From Fidelibacterota bacterium MT.SAG.2 (lineage in GTDB: Bacteria > Fidelibacterota > SORT01): a DNA stretch of 64,000 nucleotides. A program made the translations under genes and the position numbers. The stretch is from NCBI GenBank assembly GCA_004402915.1, contig SORU01000002.1:28842-92841 (forward strand). Reading direction: 5' to 3'. This document shows, piece by piece, positions 51,371-61,793 of the stretch (its first letter is position 1; each line of letters starts with the position of its first letter). The notes beneath the pieces were generated by a model. It was not told where the DNA came from, ran no database searches, and saw nothing but the letters and a program-made list of their open reading frames with translations.

Positions 51371-51589
51371 ATGGCAAAAGAACCGGGCATAGAGGTTGAA
51401 GGCAAGATACTTGAAACGCTTCCAAACGCAACGTTCAAAGTGGAATTAGAAAACGGGCATGAAGTTCTGGCGCATATATCGGGTAAAATGAGAATGCATT
51501 ATATTAAGATACTTCCGGGCGATAAGGTGACATTGGAATTATCCCCCTATGACTTAACGAGAGGCAGGATAACCTATCGCCATAAATAG
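51371..51589 (+). CDS. infA: Translation initiation factor IF-1
   Basis: [26 protein letters not shown]. Confidence 0.98.
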   Translation: MAKEPGIEVEGKILETLPNATFKVELENGHEVLAHISGKMRMHYIKILPGDKVTLELSPYDLTRGRITYRHK

Positions 51590-51601
51590 GCGGGTAGAAT
51601 T

Positions 51602-51715
51602 ATGAAAGTTAGAGCATCAGTGAAAAAGATTTGTGACAATTGTAAAGTGATCAAGCGCAAGGGAGTTGTGCGTGTCATTTGCAGTAATCCTAAACATAAG
51701 CAGCGTCAAGGATAG
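51602..51715 (+). CDS. rpmJ: 50S ribosomal protein L36
   Basis: Manual translation [37 protein letters not shown]. Confidence 0.96.
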   Translation: MKVRASVKKICDNCKVIKRKGVVRVICSNPKHKQRQG

Positions 51716-51731
51716 GCAGGGAGGAAAAGAT

Positions 51732-52109
51732 TTGGCACGAATTGCCGGCGTAGACATACCGAGTGATAAGAAGATAAAGATAGCGCTTACTTACCTGTTC
51801 GGAATCGGTAGAACGAGAGCGCTTAAAATTTTAGAAATCGCGGGTGTAGATCCTGAAGTCAGAACTAATACTTTGGACGATTCCACGGTTGCGAAGATCA
51901 GGGAGATAATCTCGGACAATTATGTCATCGAAGGCGCCTTGAGGACTGACAGGACGATGAACATCAAGCGGTTGATGGATATCGGAAGCTACAGAGGCTT
52001 GCGTCATCGTAAGGGACTGCCGGTGCACGGGCAGCGGACAAGCACTAACGCCCGGACGCGTAAAGGCAAGAAACGAGCCGTTGCAGGCAAGAAAAAAGTG
52101 ATGAAATAA
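51732..52109 (+). CDS. rpsM: 30S ribosomal protein S13
   Basis: TTG start after GGAGG; [30 protein letters not shown]. Confidence 0.97.
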   Translation: MARIAGVDIPSDKKIKIALTYLFGIGRTRALKILEIAGVDPEVRTNTLDDSTVAKIREIISDNYVIEGALRTDRTMNIKRLMDIGSYRGLRHRKGLPVHGQRTSTNARTRKGKKRAVAGKKKVMK

Positions 52110-52141
52110 TGGATAGAATTTTTAGCATAGATATTAACATC

Positions 52142-52189
52142 GTTGCGGTCGTGGCTCCGAAGGAGTTCAAAATAAACCCCAACCCGCAC
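52142..52189. repeat. Degenerate GTGCGG...CCCGCAC palindrome between rpsM and rpsK
   Basis: GTTGCGGTCGTGG[CTCCGAAGGAG]...CCCCAACCCGCAC, same design as 10561-10609. Confidence 0.6.
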
Positions 52190-52206
52190 AATTTTAGGAG
52201 GTAAGA

Positions 52207-52599
52207 GTGGCTGCTCCAAAGAAAAGCCGAAAGAAAAAGAAAAAAACTAAGGTAGATGCCAACGGTATCGCGCACGTGAAAGCGACTTACAATAACACCA
52301 TAGTCACCTTGACCGATATATACGGGAACGTAATATCATGGTCTTCGGCAGGACGCGCAGGATATAAGGGTTCACGTAAGAATACACCGTTCGCGGCTCA
52401 GCTTGCGGGCGAAATGGCGGCGAAAGAGGCAATGGAACTTGGACTTGTGAGGGTAGAAGTGCGAGTGAAGGGACCGGGCGGCGGACGCGAATCCGCTATC
52501 AGATCGCTTCAAGCTACAGGTCTTGAAATTATCGCCATCAAAGATGTTACTCCTCTGCCACATAACGGTTGCCGTCCTCCTAAACGGCGAAGGGTATAG
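52207..52599 (+). CDS. rpsK: 30S ribosomal protein S11
   Basis: [31 protein letters not shown]. Confidence 0.98.
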   Translation: MAAPKKSRKKKKKTKVDANGIAHVKATYNNTIVTLTDIYGNVISWSSAGRAGYKGSRKNTPFAAQLAGEMAAKEAMELGLVRVEVRVKGPGGGRESAIRSLQATGLEIIAIKDVTPLPHNGCRPPKRRRV

Positions 52600-52607
52600 G
52601 AGAGCCT

Positions 52608-53237
52608 ATGGGTAGATACACCGGACCGGTTTGTAAGTTATGCCGGAGAGAAAAAGAGAAACTCTTTCTGAAAGGCTCGAAATGCACTTCATCAAAATGT
52701 CCTGTAGAGAAGCGGGCATATGTTCCCGGTCAGCACGGACAGAACAGAAGGAGCAGATTATCCGATTACGGGATTCAGCTCCGGGAGAAACAGAAAATAA
52801 AACGGATTTACGGACTATTCGAGAAGCAGTTCAGGAACTATTATAAAAAAGCCGACAAGATGGCGGGTATCACGGGTAACAACCTGATACTTCTGCTCGA
52901 AAGCAGGCTTGATAATATAGTTTACAGGCTCGGATTTGCCCCGTCACGCAATGCGGCAAGGCAGCTAATCAGTCATCGTCACTTCAACGTGAACGGCAGA
53001 ATAGTAAATATCCCGTCGTACCTCACAAGTGAAGGCGACCTTATCGAGGTCCGTGATAAAGCAAAGAAGATGGAGGTGATACACGCTTCCATGAGAAGGG
53101 TCAAGACGGAAAACGCTACTCCATGGCTTGAGTTGGATAAAGCCAATATGCTCGGAAGGGTAATTGAAATTCCCGAGAGAGAGCAAATTCCGCTTGAAGT
53201 GAAAGAACATTTAGTAATCGAACTTTACTCAAAGTAG
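52608..53237 (+). CDS. rpsD: 30S ribosomal protein S4
   Basis: CKLCRRE, PGQHG, LESRLDN, ELYSK. Confidence 0.98.
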   Translation: MGRYTGPVCKLCRREKEKLFLKGSKCTSSKCPVEKRAYVPGQHGQNRRSRLSDYGIQLREKQKIKRIYGLFEKQFRNYYKKADKMAGITGNNLILLLESRLDNIVYRLGFAPSRNAARQLISHRHFNVNGRIVNIPSYLTSEGDLIEVRDKAKKMEVIHASMRRVKTENATPWLELDKANMLGRVIEIPEREQIPLEVKEHLVIELYSK

Positions 53238-53253
53238 CATAGGAAATAAATAA

Positions 53254-54240
53254 ATGAATAAGATCAATGTAAGAATGCCCGATGCAGTAGTTGTGGATGA
53301 GTCCACATACACCGCCACAAAGGGAGAACTGTCGCTAGGACCGTTAGAGAAGGGATACGGACTCACACTCGGCAATTCACTGAGAAGAGTCCTTCTTAGC
53401 GCCATTCCGGGAACAGCCATCACTTCGTTCAAGGTAGACGGCGTGAACCATGAATTTACCACTATCGAGGGTGTCACGGAAGACGTATCGGAAATGATAC
53501 TCAACATGAAAGAAGTCAAAGTGAAAATGATAGAAGGCACCTCAGATAAGGTGACCTTGGATCTGAAAGGACCGGGAGAATTCACGGCAGGCTCGATACA
53601 AAAAGCAACTTCGAACTTAGAAGTGCTCAATCCCAAACATCACATTGCAACGCTGAACGAAGATACCAATTTCACGATCGAACTCAGGTTCGAGGTCGGA
53701 AGAGGTTACGTTCCGGCGGATAAGAATAAGATCCCCGATACGCCGATAGGCACAATCTTCATAGACTCGATCTTCACTCCCGTGAAGTTCGTGAATTATG
53801 AAATTTCGCCTGCGAGAGTCGAAGGCAAGACCGACTTCGAGAAGCTTACACTCGAAGTTGAAACAGATGGAAGCATCACTCCTGATGACGCCGTCAGCGA
53901 AGCGGCAAAGATTCTACGGGATCACTTGAACCTGTTCATCACCCACGACGGTGAAAACAGATATGAAGAACCGAGTGAAAAAGAGGAAGACCTCGCCCGC
54001 ACCAAGAAACAGCTCCAGCGCAGCATAGACGAGTTGGAACTTTCCGTGCGTTCTCATAACTGTCTTAAAGCAGCGGAGATAAATACTTTAGGCGACTTAG
54101 TCTCGAAAAGTGAATCAGAGATGCTGAAATTCAAAAATTTCGGCAGGAAATCACTCTTGGAGCTTCAGCAAAAATTAGGCGAACTCGGACTCAACTTCGA
54201 TATGGACGTGAAACATTACATCGGTGAAGAGACCTTATAG
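53254..54240 (+). CDS. rpoA: RNA polymerase alpha subunit
   Basis: PLEKGYGLTLGNSLRRVLLS, ELSVRSHNCL, NFGRKSL. Confidence 0.98.
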   Translation: MNKINVRMPDAVVVDESTYTATKGELSLGPLEKGYGLTLGNSLRRVLLSAIPGTAITSFKVDGVNHEFTTIEGVTEDVSEMILNMKEVKVKMIEGTSDKVTLDLKGPGEFTAGSIQKATSNLEVLNPKHHIATLNEDTNFTIELRFEVGRGYVPADKNKIPDTPIGTIFIDSIFTPVKFVNYEISPARVEGKTDFEKLTLEVETDGSITPDDAVSEAAKILRDHLNLFITHDGENRYEEPSEKEEDLARTKKQLQRSIDELELSVRSHNCLKAAEINTLGDLVSKSESEMLKFKNFGRKSLLELQQKLGELGLNFDMDVKHYIGEETL

Positions 54241-54242
54241 AG

Positions 54243-54677
54243 ATGCGTCATAGAATTAAAAAAAATAAACTCAACAGGACAACGAGCCACAGAAAAGCGA
54301 TGTTGAACAATATGGTGGCTTCACTCTTTGAGCATAAACAGATCAAAACCACGCACGCAAAGGCGAAAGAGGCGAGGAAACTTGCCGAACGGTTGATTAC
54401 GTTCGCGAAAAAAGGCGATCTCGCCGCGCGGCGGCATGTTCTCCGGTTCATTCCTAATAAAGCGCTGGTGCGCGAACTGTTTGACGTGATCGCACCGGTC
54501 TATGCAGAACGGGTCGGCGGATACACACGCGTCCTCAAGCTCGGCTATCGGCAGGGTGACGGCGCCGACATGTCACTGCTCGAGCTGGTCGATATTGAAA
54601 AAGCCGTTGTAGAGAAAAAAGAGAAGAAAGAAGGAATTGCGGATAAGCTGAGAAAAGTGCGTTCAGGAGGAGGTTGA
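54243..54677 (+). CDS. rplQ: 50S ribosomal protein L17
   Basis: MRHR, HRKAML.N, R.GGYTR. Confidence 0.98.
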   Translation: MRHRIKKNKLNRTTSHRKAMLNNMVASLFEHKQIKTTHAKAKEARKLAERLITFAKKGDLAARRHVLRFIPNKALVRELFDVIAPVYAERVGGYTRVLKLGYRQGDGADMSLLELVDIEKAVVEKKEKKEGIADKLRKVRSGGG

Positions 54678-55891
54678 GCAAGGAATTAAACTCCTTTAAA
54701 CGCATGCTGTTTATCCTATTAGGACATATTAAAGGCAACCTGAAACGGTTGCCTTTTCTTTTGTTTATTCTCGTCTTGAATCACCCGGCTGCAACAGCCC
54801 AAAACAGAGAAACACGACCGGTCAAAGCTTTCTGGGTCATAAGGGACAGGCTTACCACAAAACAGAGCGTCAGAGAAGTTGTGGAGACTGCAAAGAAACA
54901 CGGCTTTAACCATATCTTCGCGCAGGTCAGGGGGAGGGGAGACGCTTATTACAACAGCGAAATCGTTGTGCGCTCGCCTTTTGTGAAGGGCAGAAATTTT
55001 GACCCGCTGCGCGTACTCATAAATCAAGCACATAAAGAGAATATCAAAGTGCACGCCTGGGTGAACGTTTACCTGCTTTGGAGTTCAGAGAAGAAACCCG
55101 TATCAGAAAACCATCTGCTCAATCAGCATCCGGAGTGGACGGCTCGAGCGTACGGAGATGTGATAGACGCTAAAAAGAGCCGCCGGCAATTCAAACTGCA
55201 AGGCTCGGAAGGCGTATATCTCTCACCCGGGCATCCGCAGGTCAAAAAATACCTTCTCGCCGTATTCGGCGAACTTATAGACGAATACGACATCGACGGG
55301 CTGCATCTCGATTATGTTCGCTATCCCGGACCGGAATACGGTTTCAACCGGGCGGCGATGAACAGTTTCAGAGATGAGACGGGAGTCGACCCGGTGCTCT
55401 TCATAGAAAGCGGTGCGGAAATTTCTGAGGTGATGGGCAAGGCGAGCGTAGAAGCGTTTGAGCGTCAGTGGAAAAACTTTAAATTACGAAGCATATCGAA
55501 TCTCGTCATAGCGCTGAAAGAACGGATAAAAGCTTCGGGGAAACCGATACTCCTCACGGCAGCCGTAAAACCGAATCCCGTCTCGGCGCGGGAACAAAAC
55601 TATCAGAACTGGGTCAGGTGGGTGATGTCGGGCACGCTTGACTATGCGGTACCGATGAACTATAATGCCGACCTTACACAATTCATGAATAACTTGGAAT
55701 CGATACTGACGCTCGTTCCAGCAGATAAATTGATCATGGGGATCGGCGCGTTCAATCAGAACCACTTCGACGTCGAAAGCAAGATCTACAAATCCAAATC
55801 AAGAGGGATCGGAGATTTCATCTTCTTCTCCTATAACGAGATACTCAAGGAAGAAGAGTACGTCAAGGCGATCCAGAGAGCGTTGGAGTAA
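54674..55891 (+). CDS. Glycoside hydrolase family 10-like (GHL10/DUF187, DigH/YddW-like)
   Basis: QVRGRGDAYYNS, FDPL, VHAW, YDIDGLHLDYVRYP, PMNY. Confidence 0.85.
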   Translation: MSKELNSFKRMLFILLGHIKGNLKRLPFLLFILVLNHPAATAQNRETRPVKAFWVIRDRLTTKQSVREVVETAKKHGFNHIFAQVRGRGDAYYNSEIVVRSPFVKGRNFDPLRVLINQAHKENIKVHAWVNVYLLWSSEKKPVSENHLLNQHPEWTARAYGDVIDAKKSRRQFKLQGSEGVYLSPGHPQVKKYLLAVFGELIDEYDIDGLHLDYVRYPGPEYGFNRAAMNSFRDETGVDPVLFIESGAEISEVMGKASVEAFERQWKNFKLRSISNLVIALKERIKASGKPILLTAAVKPNPVSAREQNYQNWVRWVMSGTLDYAVPMNYNADLTQFMNNLESILTLVPADKLIMGIGAFNQNHFDVESKIYKSKSRGIGDFIFFSYNEILKEEEYVKAIQRALE

Positions 55892-55921
55892 GACAATGAT
55901 ATCACAAAATAAGAGCATGAT

Positions 55922-56482
55922 TTGATTCCGAAGAACGCAGTATTATTTGTTGTGGATATACAAGATGGATTTGACGAGCCGCATTTTGGAAATAGAAATA
56001 ACCACGAAGCCGAATCCAATGTGGCGCGACTTCTCGCCGCATGGAGAAAGTCAGCTCGTCCAGTGATGTATGCGCAGCACCATTCCATTAATTCTGATTC
56101 GCCGTTGCACCCAAGTCATCCGGGTGTCGCCATCAAGGATATCGTCAAACCCGAAGCGGGAGAGCAGGTATTCATCAAATCAGTCAACAGCGCCTTTATC
56201 GGAACGGATCTTGAAGATGTTTTGCGTGAAAAGGGTTATGATACGATCGTGTTCACAGGGTTCACCACCAATTATTGTGTTTCGACGACAGTTAGGATGG
56301 CAAGTAATCTCGGCTTCAAAACATATGTGATCTCAGATGCGACCGCTGCGTGGGATACTGTCGACCATACCGGTAAAACGCACCCGGCGGAAACTATACA
56401 CGAGATCTCGCTGGCGAACCTGCACGATGAATTCGCTACGGTGTTAGACAGTGAAAGCCTATTGGCTGAGCTGGAGGGATAG
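55922..56482 (+). CDS. Isochorismatase-family cysteine hydrolase
   Basis: VVDIQDGF, K..NSAF.GT.L, TNYCV.TT.R. Confidence 0.92.
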   Translation: MIPKNAVLFVVDIQDGFDEPHFGNRNNHEAESNVARLLAAWRKSARPVMYAQHHSINSDSPLHPSHPGVAIKDIVKPEAGEQVFIKSVNSAFIGTDLEDVLREKGYDTIVFTGFTTNYCVSTTVRMASNLGFKTYVISDATAAWDTVDHTGKTHPAETIHEISLANLHDEFATVLDSESLLAELEG

Positions 56483-56706
56483 CATGCATTTCTATTATTT
56501 ATTGCTTAATATTAATCTGTTTCTGAATTTGTCAGAAATTCGTTTAATTCCTCTGCAGATATTTTTCTATCCAGCATATCTATTAATTTTAGGAATAAAT
56601 TCTTTATATCATTCTCCTCTCTTGACCGAAGAAATATACGTACTTCATAAAACGACCAATACATCCATTTTTGTTTTTCCAGACCAACCTTATTGATTAA
56701 TTCTAA

Positions 56707-56856
56707 ACAAATATTTACAACCCTTCGTTAGGATTTAAAAAGTTAAAGGCTGCCAAAAACGAATATCAATTCAGAGTAGACTACAAGTTCAGAATACTCG
56801 GATTTCTAAATAAAGGTACGCTATCCCTGTTCTGGATTGGACCCCATAAAAAATAG
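56707..56856 (+). pseudogene. 5'-truncated RelE/ParE-like toxin
   Basis: No start codon; NPSLGFKKL...QFRVDYKFRILG...LFWIGPH*. Confidence 0.65.
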
Positions 56857-56952
56857 GCTGATTCATCCTGAATAATAATTCAATTTTGATTTAACACAGA
56901 TATTCTTATCTTATCCGAACAGTTTCTATGATAAAAGCGAGGTAATGGCGTA

Positions 56953-58149
56953 GTGGCGTTTGTAATCATCTTCACAACCGTACTTGGATTGGTGTACGGG
57001 TACGTCGGTTGGCGTCTCATGTCGACCGCTGCGTTTCCCTCTCCCTGGAATTACGTTGTATGGGGAGTGATAGTGTTCTTGTGGCTGTCCATTCCGCTAC
57101 GGTTCATGTTCTGGTTTAGAGGTTACTTCTCCACATGGGTCGATTGGTTCGCTTCGTTCGCATACATCGGATTGGCGCTGTTTTCGATTTTGTTTGTACT
57201 AATGCTATCCCGTGATATCGTCTGGCTGCTGATCCTGCTCGGAGGAAAAGGCTTAGCTCTTTTCCAGGGATCAAAGGGCAGCGAAGAGGCGGCTTCGGCG
57301 GTGATGGATCCGGAGAAGAGGCGATTCCTGCTGAACATGATAAACATAGGTATTGTAGGCGTTTCAGGCTCTTATATCGGTTGGGGGGTATACACCGCAA
57401 AGAGTCGTATCAAGGTTAAAAAGATCGATATCAGGGTCCCGAACCTTCCTGAGGAGTTCAGCGGATATGAGATATTGCAGATTACCGATATCCATGTAGG
57501 TCCGTCAATAAAGAGGAAATTCGTGGAGCGGATCGTGGAGATAGCAAAAAGACTCTCACCCGATCTGTTGGTAATGACGGGTGATCTTGTTGACGGTTCA
57601 GTTGAATCGCTCCGGGATGATGTCGCTCCGCTGGCTGAACTTGATATTCCTCACGGAAAATATTTTGTCACCGGGAATCACGAGTATTACTCGGGAGTAA
57701 ATGAGTGGGTGGCTCATATCAGTGATGAATTGGGTTTCAGGGTTTTGAACAATGAGCATATCGTGCTTAAAAAAGGGAAGGGGCATATCGTTCTTGCAGG
57801 TGTTACCGACTTAGTGTCTAAGAATATGGATCCGCAAAACGCATCTGATCCTCACAAAGCAATCGAAGGAGCCTCAGAAGAGAGCTTCAAAATACTATTG
57901 GCGCATCAGCCGAGCAGTATATTCAAAGCAGCGGAGGCGGGTTTCGATCTTCAACTTTCAGGACATACACACGGTGGACAATTTTATCCGTGGAACCTGC
58001 TTGTCGGACTGCAGCAGCCGTTCATTAAAGGAATTCATAGGTATAAAAACACAGGTATTTATGTTGATACCGGCGTCGGTTATTGGGGTCCGCCCGTGCG
58101 AATCGGTGTACCACCGCAGGTTACGCTTTTGAAACTCGTTAAGGGGTAA
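56953..58149 (+). CDS. Membrane-anchored metallophosphoesterase (YkuE/YaeI-like)
   Basis: DIH, GDLVD, GNHEYY, LLAHQP, SGHTHGGQ. Confidence 0.92.
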   Translation: MAFVIIFTTVLGLVYGYVGWRLMSTAAFPSPWNYVVWGVIVFLWLSIPLRFMFWFRGYFSTWVDWFASFAYIGLALFSILFVLMLSRDIVWLLILLGGKGLALFQGSKGSEEAASAVMDPEKRRFLLNMINIGIVGVSGSYIGWGVYTAKSRIKVKKIDIRVPNLPEEFSGYEILQITDIHVGPSIKRKFVERIVEIAKRLSPDLLVMTGDLVDGSVESLRDDVAPLAELDIPHGKYFVTGNHEYYSGVNEWVAHISDELGFRVLNNEHIVLKKGKGHIVLAGVTDLVSKNMDPQNASDPHKAIEGASEESFKILLAHQPSSIFKAAEAGFDLQLSGHTHGGQFYPWNLLVGLQQPFIKGIHRYKNTGIYVDTGVGYWGPPVRIGVPPQVTLLKLVKG

Positions 58150-58161
58150 GGTAGGTAAAAT

Positions 58162-58209
58162 ACCACCCCACCGCTCAAAGCGGTTTCCCCCCCCTTAGGA
58201 AGGAGGGGA
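58162..58209. repeat. REP-like palindrome between convergent genes
   Basis: Similar to 22081-22127. Confidence 0.7.
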
Positions 58210-58258
58210 GTCCATATAAAGTACTGTTTCCCCTTCTTTCTGAGGTGTCGATCAGGAC

Positions 58259-58645
58259 TCACAGATAAAGAAATTCGGAGGTCTGAATTTTAAGTGAGAC
58301 AGCATCATCAACGATTTTTATGCCGAGGAAATACTCATGCGACGAACCTATCTGAACGGAGGAATCATCTGTCAATTGAGCGCCCGACGATCCCCATAAG
58401 ACTTTGACAACGGCAATTCCCCGGGTCATGGAAAGCGTGAATTGACCTTGCGGACCTGCCAATGGCTGCTGGCCTGACACCACTGCGTTATAAACTTGTT
58501 CATCATTCACCCAAATAGTTACCTGCCCGAAGAAACCGGATTGAAGATGAACTTCAGTGAGAACGCTCTCCGCTTCGTTCAGTGCTCTGTCCGAACATGC
58601 CATGAGCATCATGATAGAAATAAATATAAGTCTGCTCAGATTCAT
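58259..58645 (-). CDS. Hypothetical lipoprotein
   Basis: GAGGAG RBS; MNLSRLIFISIMMLMAC lipobox. Confidence 0.65.
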   Translation of the reverse strand: MNLSRLIFISIMMLMACSDRALNEAESVLTEVHLQSGFFGQVTIWVNDEQVYNAVVSGQQPLAGPQGQFTLSMTRGIAVVKVLWGSSGAQLTDDSSVQIGSSHEYFLGIKIVDDAVSLKIQTSEFLYL

Positions 58646-58737
58646 TTTTCTCCTCTGCAAAAGTATCAAGCCCTTCGGATATAGATAACCTATTGGGTTA
58701 TCAATGTCAAATGTTGAACTATTTTTTTATCTGTTCA

Positions 58738-58786
58738 GTTGCGGTCAGAGTGCCAGGGGCACTTATTTTGTAGCCCTGACTCGCAC
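58738..58786. repeat. GTTGCGGTCAG...CCCTGACTCGCAC palindrome with nested insert
   Basis: Same family as 1908-1936 and 61531-61559. Confidence 0.65.
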
Positions 58787-58800
58787 GTATCTATCAATTC

Positions 58801-61380
58801 TCATTTCAAAAGAATCATCTTTTTGGTTTCCGTGAAGTCGGCGGCACTGAGACGGTAAAAGTAAATGCCGGAGGAGACGTTCGAAGCGTTCCATTCGAAT
58901 ACATGAACCCCGGCGGGCTGCATCCCATTCGATAGGCGTTCGACCTCACGACCGTTCACGTCATAGATGATCAAGGAAATAGTAGCCGCTACCTTGTTAT
59001 GGTATTTTATAGTTGTGACCGGGTTGAACGGGTTCGGATAATTCTGCGCGAGTGTGAAGCGCTGCGAAATTGCTGACGGTTCCGGTCTTACTCTTACGAT
59101 CGCCTCGGGCAGCTGCCGTTGATAGACTCCGCTGCCGTGCGTCGCGACACGAAGTTTTCTGTTTTGCGGCGAGATGACCAGGTCCATTACGATCACGGCT
59201 TCGGGCATGCCATCCATCAGAGTTTGCCACGTATTGCCCGTATCGGCTGACACGTAAACACCGATGTCGTTTCCGACATACAGACGGGCAGGGTCTTCAG
59301 GGTTTATAAGAACCGCGTTTGTCGGAATATCGGGCAATCCGCTTCCGATATCGTCCCAGTTAAGTCCGCCGTCCGCCGACCGGAAGAGATGCGAGGAGCC
59401 GAATTCCGACAGAGCCGCATATACAACATTGTTATCAGTCGGATCGACCGCCAGATCGACTATGTACCGGTCAGGGAGATCCTGCGTGATATCCGTCCAG
59501 CTGATTCCGCCGTCACGCGTCACAAAAACGTGTGCCCTCGAATACCATGGAGCGGTAGCGACGTAAACGACATTCGGATCAATTTCGGCTATTGCCATTG
59601 TAAGTACCGGGTTACCGTCGAGTTCATTTCCGTTATTCCCCGCAGTCCAGGAGGCGCCGCCGTCGGTCGTGCTATGAACGATGCTTCCTCCCGCATAGAG
59701 ATGATCGGGGAATGTCGGGCTCATAACAAAAGGCGAGATGAAGTTAAGACTCTCGTTCGTTGTGTTTTGAGGAGAAACATTCGAAAAAAAGTTCATTCCT
59801 CTGTCGTTGGATCTGAGAATGTTTCGATAGTACCATGAGCCGTAAATAATATTGTCATCGCTCGTATTGATAGCGGAATAAGCGCCGTCGCCTCCGATGA
59901 CTTTCATCCAGCCGTCACCGCCGTAATATATAGCGCTTCCGTTATCCTGAAGTCCGCCCATTGCGAGGTTGGAGTCGAGTCTTGAACTCGAAAATCCCGA
60001 GTAGAATTGAGTCGTTTGATAACCGCCGTTCGAACTTCGGTATGTTTCTCCGCCGTCGATAGTGCGGAATATTCCGCCGTCGGTAGCGAAATAAATGGTG
60101 TCCCGGTCTGTCGGATGGAAGACCATCGCATGGTGGTCGGCATGAGAATAGTCCGCAGGTCCTTCGGGATCACCGGGGGGAACTACCGTTCCGAATGACC
60201 ATTTCCACCAGTAGGTCTTTTGGCTGAACGTGCCGGAATCTTCGATCCATTTGAAAATATCGATACCGCCCACAATCACCTTCGAGGAATCGGTCGGATG
60301 AACGCCGACAAAGTGAGAATACCAGCCCTGATAGATAGAGTAATCGAAATCTGAAAGCAGTGTCCATGTGTCGCCTCCATCTGTTGACCTGCAAAGCTGT
60401 GTAGCTGTCGCGCCGCCGTGACTGAAGCCGATACTTACATAAATCGTACTCGGGTCTGCCTCAAAGATAGAGAGTACAGCCTTTCCTCCGAAAGTTGCCG
60501 GTAGGCCGGCGGTCAACTTCTCCCAGCTGCCGCCCGAATCCTGAGTTCTGTAAATGCCGTGACCCTGACTGAACAGATCGCCATGTGTCACGAAAACGAT
60601 ATTCGTATCGACAGGGTTAACCGCCAGATCCATCGCCATGATGACCGAATTAACGAGGGTCCAGGAGGTTCCCGCGTCAAAAGAGCGATAAACTCCGTCG
60701 GTCGTCGCAGCCCAAACGGTGTTCGGATTTTGCGGGTTCAATCGAATAGCTTCGATCCCTTTACGCTGGTCGAGAGAGAAATCGAGGCTCTTCTCCCATG
60801 CAACGCCGCCATCAGAGGTTTTCAGGATGCCGATCCCGTAGCTGCCTCTCGTGGCTCTGATGCTATAGCCCGTGCCAGTGCTTTCGGAATTATAAACCTC
60901 GCCCGTCCCTATATACATAGTGTTGGAATCATCGGGTGAGATCGCTATCGAGCTGACGCTCAGAACGGGGAAGGCTGTCGAAACGTGTTCCCATGCCTGC
61001 GCACCCTCACCGAGAGTGTAGCTGCGCCATAATCCACCGCCGGCAGAACCGGCATAGATCGTGTTCGGGTTTTGCGGGTTGAACGCAATTGCAAGCGTCC
61101 TGCCGCCGATGTTTTTCGGTCCGATAGCTTCCCAGGGGTGAGAAGCAGAGCTTTTACTGAGAGAGCGTTGCATCAATTTAGTTTGTTCAAACGCCTGATA
61201 GAAACCGCTTGCGGGAACATCATCACCCGGATAGGCGCGCTGAACCGCCCATCCTTGCAACGCTCTGAATGCCCCGGATATCTTGCCTTTCTTTTCGGTC
61301 TCATCTGAAGACGTGAGATATACGATTATCAAAACGATGACCATTGCAATGGGTATGAGAAATTCTCTGCGTTTATTCAT
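58801..61380 (-). CDS. Secreted BNR/Asp-box beta-propeller (VPS10/GH74-like) protein with T9SS type-A-like CTD
   Basis: Many SxDGGxTW repeats; C-terminal QNYPNPFNP...SGIYFYRL...KKMILLK. Confidence 0.88.
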   Translation of the reverse strand: MNKRREFLIPIAMVIVLIIVYLTSSDETEKKGKISGAFRALQGWAVQRAYPGDDVPASGFYQAFEQTKLMQRSLSKSSASHPWEAIGPKNIGGRTLAIAFNPQNPNTIYAGSAGGGLWRSYTLGEGAQAWEHVSTAFPVLSVSSIAISPDDSNTMYIGTGEVYNSESTGTGYSIRATRGSYGIGILKTSDGGVAWEKSLDFSLDQRKGIEAIRLNPQNPNTVWAATTDGVYRSFDAGTSWTLVNSVIMAMDLAVNPVDTNIVFVTHGDLFSQGHGIYRTQDSGGSWEKLTAGLPATFGGKAVLSIFEADPSTIYVSIGFSHGGATATQLCRSTDGGDTWTLLSDFDYSIYQGWYSHFVGVHPTDSSKVIVGGIDIFKWIEDSGTFSQKTYWWKWSFGTVVPPGDPEGPADYSHADHHAMVFHPTDRDTIYFATDGGIFRTIDGGETYRSSNGGYQTTQFYSGFSSSRLDSNLAMGGLQDNGSAIYYGGDGWMKVIGGDGAYSAINTSDDNIIYGSWYYRNILRSNDRGMNFFSNVSPQNTTNESLNFISPFVMSPTFPDHLYAGGSIVHSTTDGGASWTAGNNGNELDGNPVLTMAIAEIDPNVVYVATAPWYSRAHVFVTRDGGISWTDITQDLPDRYIVDLAVDPTDNNVVYAALSEFGSSHLFRSADGGLNWDDIGSGLPDIPTNAVLINPEDPARLYVGNDIGVYVSADTGNTWQTLMDGMPEAVIVMDLVISPQNRKLRVATHGSGVYQRQLPEAIVRVRPEPSAISQRFTLAQNYPNPFNPVTTIKYHNKVAATISLIIYDVNGREVERLSNGMQPAGVHVFEWNASNVSSGIYFYRLSAADFTETKKMILLK

Positions 61381-61459
61381 TGTTCCTCGATATAGTGAAC
61401 GCTTGATTGTTCTTTCAATATATCTATTTATCTACATAAAGCAATAGTCTCTTTTTTTA

Positions 61460-61660
61460 TCCTCCTTGAAAGGAGCCTGCTCAAGTCGGTCTGGCGGGGA
61501 GAGGAATTTATCGCATCAGAGATGCGATGAGTGCGGTCAGGGCAAGTCCTAACCCGCACGGTAATCCTCTCCCCTTGAGGGGAGTACTCCACAGGAGGGA
61601 GGGGTGTAATTGATCGATGCTCTCAAATTTAGCTAAGCAGGATAAATCACGCCTTCCGTC
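61460..61660. repeat. Composite REP/MITE-like cluster
   Basis: GTGCGGTCAGGGCAAGTCCTAACCCGCAC (61531-61559) followed by TCCTCTCCCCTTGAGGGGAG..., as at 10561. Confidence 0.8.
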
Positions 61661-61793
61661 TTCTTGTCTCTTTAAAATCCGACAGAAATAACCCTTGTGA
61701 TAGCAAACAAAAACAGTATATTCACAGCGATAGGATTGATTTTTTCAGAAAAATATTTTAGTGTAACTCGCAAATAGGAGATGAGCTAATATC

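Noticed and set aside
27403-54677. Numerous antisense ORFs of 60-290 aa
   Set aside because: Shadows of highly conserved rpo and ribosomal genes
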